A stretch of 63,048 nt of DNA from a virus (taxonomy: Duplodnaviria > Caudoviricetes). Below, piece by piece: positions 59,412 to 63,048 of the stretch. Position numbers and translations under genes: made by a program. How positions within the stretch are numbered: the stretch's first letter is position 1; each line of letters starts with the position of its first letter. The notes below the pieces were generated by a model, which saw only the letters and a program-made list of their open reading frames with translations, had not been told where the DNA came from and did not search any database. The stretch is taken from positions 1 to 63,048 of IMG/VR virus record IMGVR_UViG_3300036884_000169; one strand, 5' to 3'.

Positions 59412-61082
59412 TTGAGTAAGCAAGTACTGACAACTTTAGATTTTTATGCCCAGGGCAAGATTGTCAATTTGCCGAGCGGAGTTGCTGCTCAAGACGCAGC
59501 CACTGTCGCCCAATTATCTGTTGTCACTACCACTATTTATGTGGATGGAAATCGAGCGGATAGTTACACTGAAAATGGGTCACGGTACCGACCATTTAAG
59601 ACAATTGGTGCGGCAATTACTGCGGGTAATGCTTTGGCGTTTGCCTTTTGTCTTGACATAGCGCCGGGGTCCTATGCTGATACTACCGTTGCCACGGTTG
59701 CCTATCCATGCGTGATACGAGGCAATGGATCGTCCTATACTATTGGGTCGGGAGCCGGAACGCTTACGCTTTCCAATGCGTTCAGCATCTACGATTTGAC
59801 GATAGTAGGAAATATAGTCCAATCTAACACCAGCCTGGCTGTCATGACGCTTGCGACCAATGTTACCTTGTATGGGAATCTAACAATCAATGGAAGTATG
59901 CAATACTCAGGAGGGCGGATATTAGGAAATGGCAGTGCCAACTCTCTAATAACTATTGCATCCACTGGCATGGGCACATTCCAGACCCTGGTTATGGGAA
60001 CCCAAGTCGCTAATTACTATGCCCGTATTACCTGTTCCGGCTATTTGTTGTTGCTGAATATCGAACTATTCGCCAATGATAATACGTACTATGCTATTGA
60101 CTGTTCCACTGCCGGGTCATCCATAACAGTAAACGGACTATTACTCTACAACATGGGGACTGGCGGCGGTATAAATTGTGACAATGGGGCAACTACCCAG
60201 CCTAATGAGATTATCACCTGTGAAGCGCATATCAACGGCCTTACTAAGGCAATCACTTGTGGAACGGCCTATACCTATCTTGATGTTTACAAGATGTGGG
60301 ACATTAGTACAAATAGGGCGCTTTTCCCCACCGGCTCTAACATCTTCAATTCATACCACGGGGACTTATCCACCAGTCTGAACCTGGTATCCTATGTCGA
60401 TTTTTTCATTGCTGCGGTCACGTACAGCAATACAAAGTTGACGTCTATAAACTTTCCGAATTTGCAAAATGATAACGGGGCAATCGTGCTATCCGGCTGC
60501 ACTTCTTTGGTAACATTATCAATCCCCAACCCCGTGTACCTGGTATCGGGGGTCACGGTGGCATCAGTTGCCACTTTTACCAACTTTATCTTTGGGGAAA
60601 TCGACCGCTTAATGCAGTGCGGAAATATCACTATGAGCGGATGTGCACTGTCTCAAACCTCGGTGGATAATCTTCTGGCTGTGATGGAATCCCTGGATGG
60701 CAATAACGGAACTACCAAATTCGTAGGGTCCATTGCTATCGGAGGCGGAACCTCAGCCTCACCTACTTTTACCGGCACAGGCGGAACAAGGGCCGGTAAC
60801 ACGTTTAGTGCGTCCAGTACAACGTGCACTGTCACCTGGGCCAACCATGGATTCTCAACAGGGGATATGATTACGGTATCTGGTGTAGGAATAATTGGCA
60901 ACGTGAACAAAACGGCAGTAATTACTGTTACTGACAGCGGTCATTTCACTTACCCAATATCAACCCAATACGGCACGGGGAATGGAACTGCAACCTATCA
61001 TAGAGAGCCTGCCAATGCGACTGATGCCTATTCCAATATGCAGCGGCTCATCATTCAAGGCGCAACCGTCACAACGAATTAG
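59412..61082 (+). CDS. Beta-helix-like fibre/receptor-binding protein
   Basis: N-terminus paralogous to the previous gene. IYVD...GS...PFKTI..AI motif. Asn/Thr/Gly-rich. Confidence 0.7.
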   Translation: MSKQVLTTLDFYAQGKIVNLPSGVAAQDAATVAQLSVVTTTIYVDGNRADSYTENGSRYRPFKTIGAAITAGNALAFAFCLDIAPGSYADTTVATVAYPCVIRGNGSSYTIGSGAGTLTLSNAFSIYDLTIVGNIVQSNTSLAVMTLATNVTLYGNLTINGSMQYSGGRILGNGSANSLITIASTGMGTFQTLVMGTQVANYYARITCSGYLLLLNIELFANDNTYYAIDCSTAGSSITVNGLLLYNMGTGGGINCDNGATTQPNEIITCEAHINGLTKAITCGTAYTYLDVYKMWDISTNRALFPTGSNIFNSYHGDLSTSLNLVSYVDFFIAAVTYSNTKLTSINFPNLQNDNGAIVLSGCTSLVTLSIPNPVYLVSGVTVASVATFTNFIFGEIDRLMQCGNITMSGCALSQTSVDNLLAVMESLDGNNGTTKFVGSIAIGGGTSASPTFTGTGGTRAGNTFSASSTTCTVTWANHGFSTGDMITVSGVGIIGNVNKTAVITVTDSGHFTYPISTQYGTGNGTATYHREPANATDAYSNMQRLIIQGATVTTN

Positions 61083-61091
61083 GAGTTATCA

Positions 61092-61607
61092 ATGTGGAAT
61101 CTAATTTATACTGTTGATTTGAGAATTATCTATTTTATGCTCGATCCAGCAGTGGTAATTCCCGGAACCAACCACATACTGGAGCAGTTTTCAGGTGATG
61201 ATGCCGGGTATGCTCTGGCTAAGGTCAGGATACAGGAATTAGGCTTGTTTATGGATACGAAAAGCCTTGTTTCACAATCTACCGGCACTGCTACTCCTGC
61301 CCCGGTGAACGTGGTGGAATCTAATCCAGCGATTCAATGCGCGAGAGAAATGGCGATTGCTACTGATGCCACAAAGATTCTGGATCAGCTCAAGACCAAT
61401 GATCAGATGCTAAAACAGGCCACAGAACGGGTTAAGGAATTAGGCATCAATGATGATGACCGAAATACACTGCAGCTGGCCATGGATACCATCGGTAAGC
61501 TGGGTGGTGATGATCAAGGATATGCGCAAATTGCCCGAATCCAAGAGTTGATCTTGCCGTTGATGATCAAGGCTTTTTGCGTGCAGAACGGGATACCGCT
61601 AAAATAA
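61092..61607 (+). CDS. Hypothetical protein with an internal repeat (GDD.GYA....RIQEL)
   Basis: AGGAG RBS, last gene of the cassette. Confidence 0.6.
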   Translation: MWNLIYTVDLRIIYFMLDPAVVIPGTNHILEQFSGDDAGYALAKVRIQELGLFMDTKSLVSQSTGTATPAPVNVVESNPAIQCAREMAIATDATKILDQLKTNDQMLKQATERVKELGINDDDRNTLQLAMDTIGKLGGDDQGYAQIARIQELILPLMIKAFCVQNGIPLK

Positions 61608-61622
61608 TTTGGTATGGGTTAG

Positions 61623-62114
61623 CTAAACCAGCCCGTAGGTTTGGGAGGCAGAAAAAACACCGGCATCAGGGTCGGTGTTTATTTTTATCCCTTTTTCTTC
61701 TGCCCTCCCGCAGAGGTAGAAGAAGCAGTCTCGCTGGGCTGCATAGGCATTCACCATGTGCACACCGTGTATGCGTATTTCGGTGTATTTGCGCAGTATT
61801 GCTAAACCCAACATCCACGCAACCGACGAAGAGAATACTGGCCCGAGCATACCTACGAGGTCTTCGCTGGGCAATCGAGCGGCCCAGAGATACCGAGCAT
61901 CGTACTTCATGAGTACAACCCTCGACTGTTCTTGCTCGATCCACGGCTCAAATATACTGGCCGCATGAAGCTGGAAAATCTTTGTCGGTTCAATATTGAG
62001 GGTTCGCAGTTTGGTGAAAATAGTAGCCACACACCATACTTCAAAACCCTCTTCAACATCCTGGGCAGCATTTTCCCAGCCGTACCCTTTGCCGACGATA
62101 GAAAGCTTTTTCAT
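61623..62114 (-). CDS. GT29/DUF115-like Rossmannoid transferase
   Basis: IVG.G, VW.V and SS.AWML.LAI......I.I.GV.M..Y..QR motifs. Confidence 0.55.
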   Translation of the reverse strand: MKKLSIVGKGYGWENAAQDVEEGFEVWCVATIFTKLRTLNIEPTKIFQLHAASIFEPWIEQEQSRVVLMKYDARYLWAARLPSEDLVGMLGPVFSSSVAWMLGLAILRKYTEIRIHGVHMVNAYAAQRDCFFYLCGRAEEKGIKINTDPDAGVFSASQTYGLV

Positions 62115-62331
62115 TTTCCACCGTAATTCAGGTAGGTAGATGTTTCCGTCATTGATCCGTGGTGCGCAGACATGGTGCGGCGCAGTGATCTACCTTCCAT
62201 TATAGCCCGGCACCGTGCACAGTCTACGTGTGCCTTGACGGCAGTGACGGTAATACCGCTGCCTGACTTCCCACCACACAAGGTGGTGTTATTTTCACTC
62301 CCCTGTAGGTGGATAATTGCATCTAATGATG

Positions 62332-62790
62332 TCATTGCTGCCCCTTTATAAAATCGTCAAGAACGCCTGTACAATATGTTTCAAAGTTTTGTTTTTCTTC
62401 TGATAGTATTGTGCTGGTGCTATTTCCTATCAGATGCAGTGCCGAGCCATTACTGTACCATGTGGCATTGTTATCCTCGGCAGATACGGTATTGCTGGCG
62501 GCACCGTACTTTGTGACCAATGCTGTGAACAATTGCGACCAAAGATTGGCCTCACAGAAACTGATTACACCTACCAATTTGTCCTTATAAAATATGTACA
62601 TCTTTGATTGTTCAACACCGTCAGCATCTTTCCACGTATACCGCAGAAGATTCTCAGTGTCAACTGATGGTTCCCCGTCCATATCATAGACGGAGTTCCT
62701 TGACTGAAACCAGGTTAGGTCATTGTCAAGTTCTATACCAAAGACTGTTGTTGAAAGCAGAAGCAGAAAAAAAGCAAGAACCGTTTTCAT
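62332..62790 (-). CDS. Secreted/periplasmic protein
   Basis: Signal peptide MKTVLAFFLLLLSTTVFG. Confidence 0.65.
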   Translation of the reverse strand: MKTVLAFFLLLLSTTVFGIELDNDLTWFQSRNSVYDMDGEPSVDTENLLRYTWKDADGVEQSKMYIFYKDKLVGVISFCEANLWSQLFTALVTKYGAASNTVSAEDNNATWYSNGSALHLIGNSTSTILSEEKQNFETYCTGVLDDFIKGQQ

Positions 62791-62904
62791 TGTGCCCTCC
62801 TGGCCATTCGTGCAATATGCTGTAGCCGCTTTCGCTCAGTTTGTTCTGGCGTCAGCGGCTTACTTTTATGTTTTATACCAAGGAACGCATCTTCCCTGGC
62901 CCTG

Positions 62905-63048
62905 TTCTGATACCCACCTACTTTTCTCTTTTCATCAGCCCTGTCCCAATCGTGCCGGGTCGCCAGAACATACCCATGCAACAGGCGTGTAGGGCAATCT
63001 TCGAGAGGGTACGGCATTATAATCCTCCTGGTTAATTAAGTTAAGTTG
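62905..63048. repeat. Terminal direct repeat, right copy
   Basis: Matches 1-144 and falls inside ORF 62787..63017, so it is more likely an assembly overlap than a biological DTR. Confidence 0.95.

Noticed and set aside
1-63048. Host assignment and lifestyle
   Set aside because: These cannot be established from the sequence by eye. The only clues are a diderm hint from the spanin-like genes and the lack of a recognisable integrase.

Overview
The window looks like a complete, circularly assembled genome (~62.9 kb) of a tailed dsDNA phage. Bases 1-144 repeat at 62905-63048 with one mismatch. The layout has five parts. (1) A leftward early region (~61.6 kb across the junction to ~7.2 kb) of small ORFs, including three tandem-repeat proteins. 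(2) An AT-rich 1.4-kb non-coding control region (7190-8609) built as a long degenerate inverted repeat, with four DnaA boxes in each arm. (3) A rightward packaging, head, contractile-tail, baseplate, fibre and lysis module (9.6-41.7 kb). (4) A leftward replication module (41.7-57 kb) with a PD-(D/E)XK nuclease, SSB-like protein, AEP primase, UvrD-like helicase, family A DNA polymerase, VRR-NUC and SNF2-type helicase. (5) A second rightward fibre/collagen cassette (57-61.6 kb). I recognised no integrase, repressor, Par system, CRISPR array or reverse transcriptase. The most unusual items are: a terminase intein whose interior carries a complete HNH/zinc-finger gene in a different reading frame; an SNF2 helicase split into two genes in reversed order; the mirror-image DnaA-box region; a tail-chaperone gene duplicated around an HNH gene, where the second copy appears to fix the -1 frameshift product; a tRNA-like RNA lacking an anticodon loop; and a co-initiating nested spanin-like pair. 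All family assignments come from motif recognition by eye and gene order, not from database searches.
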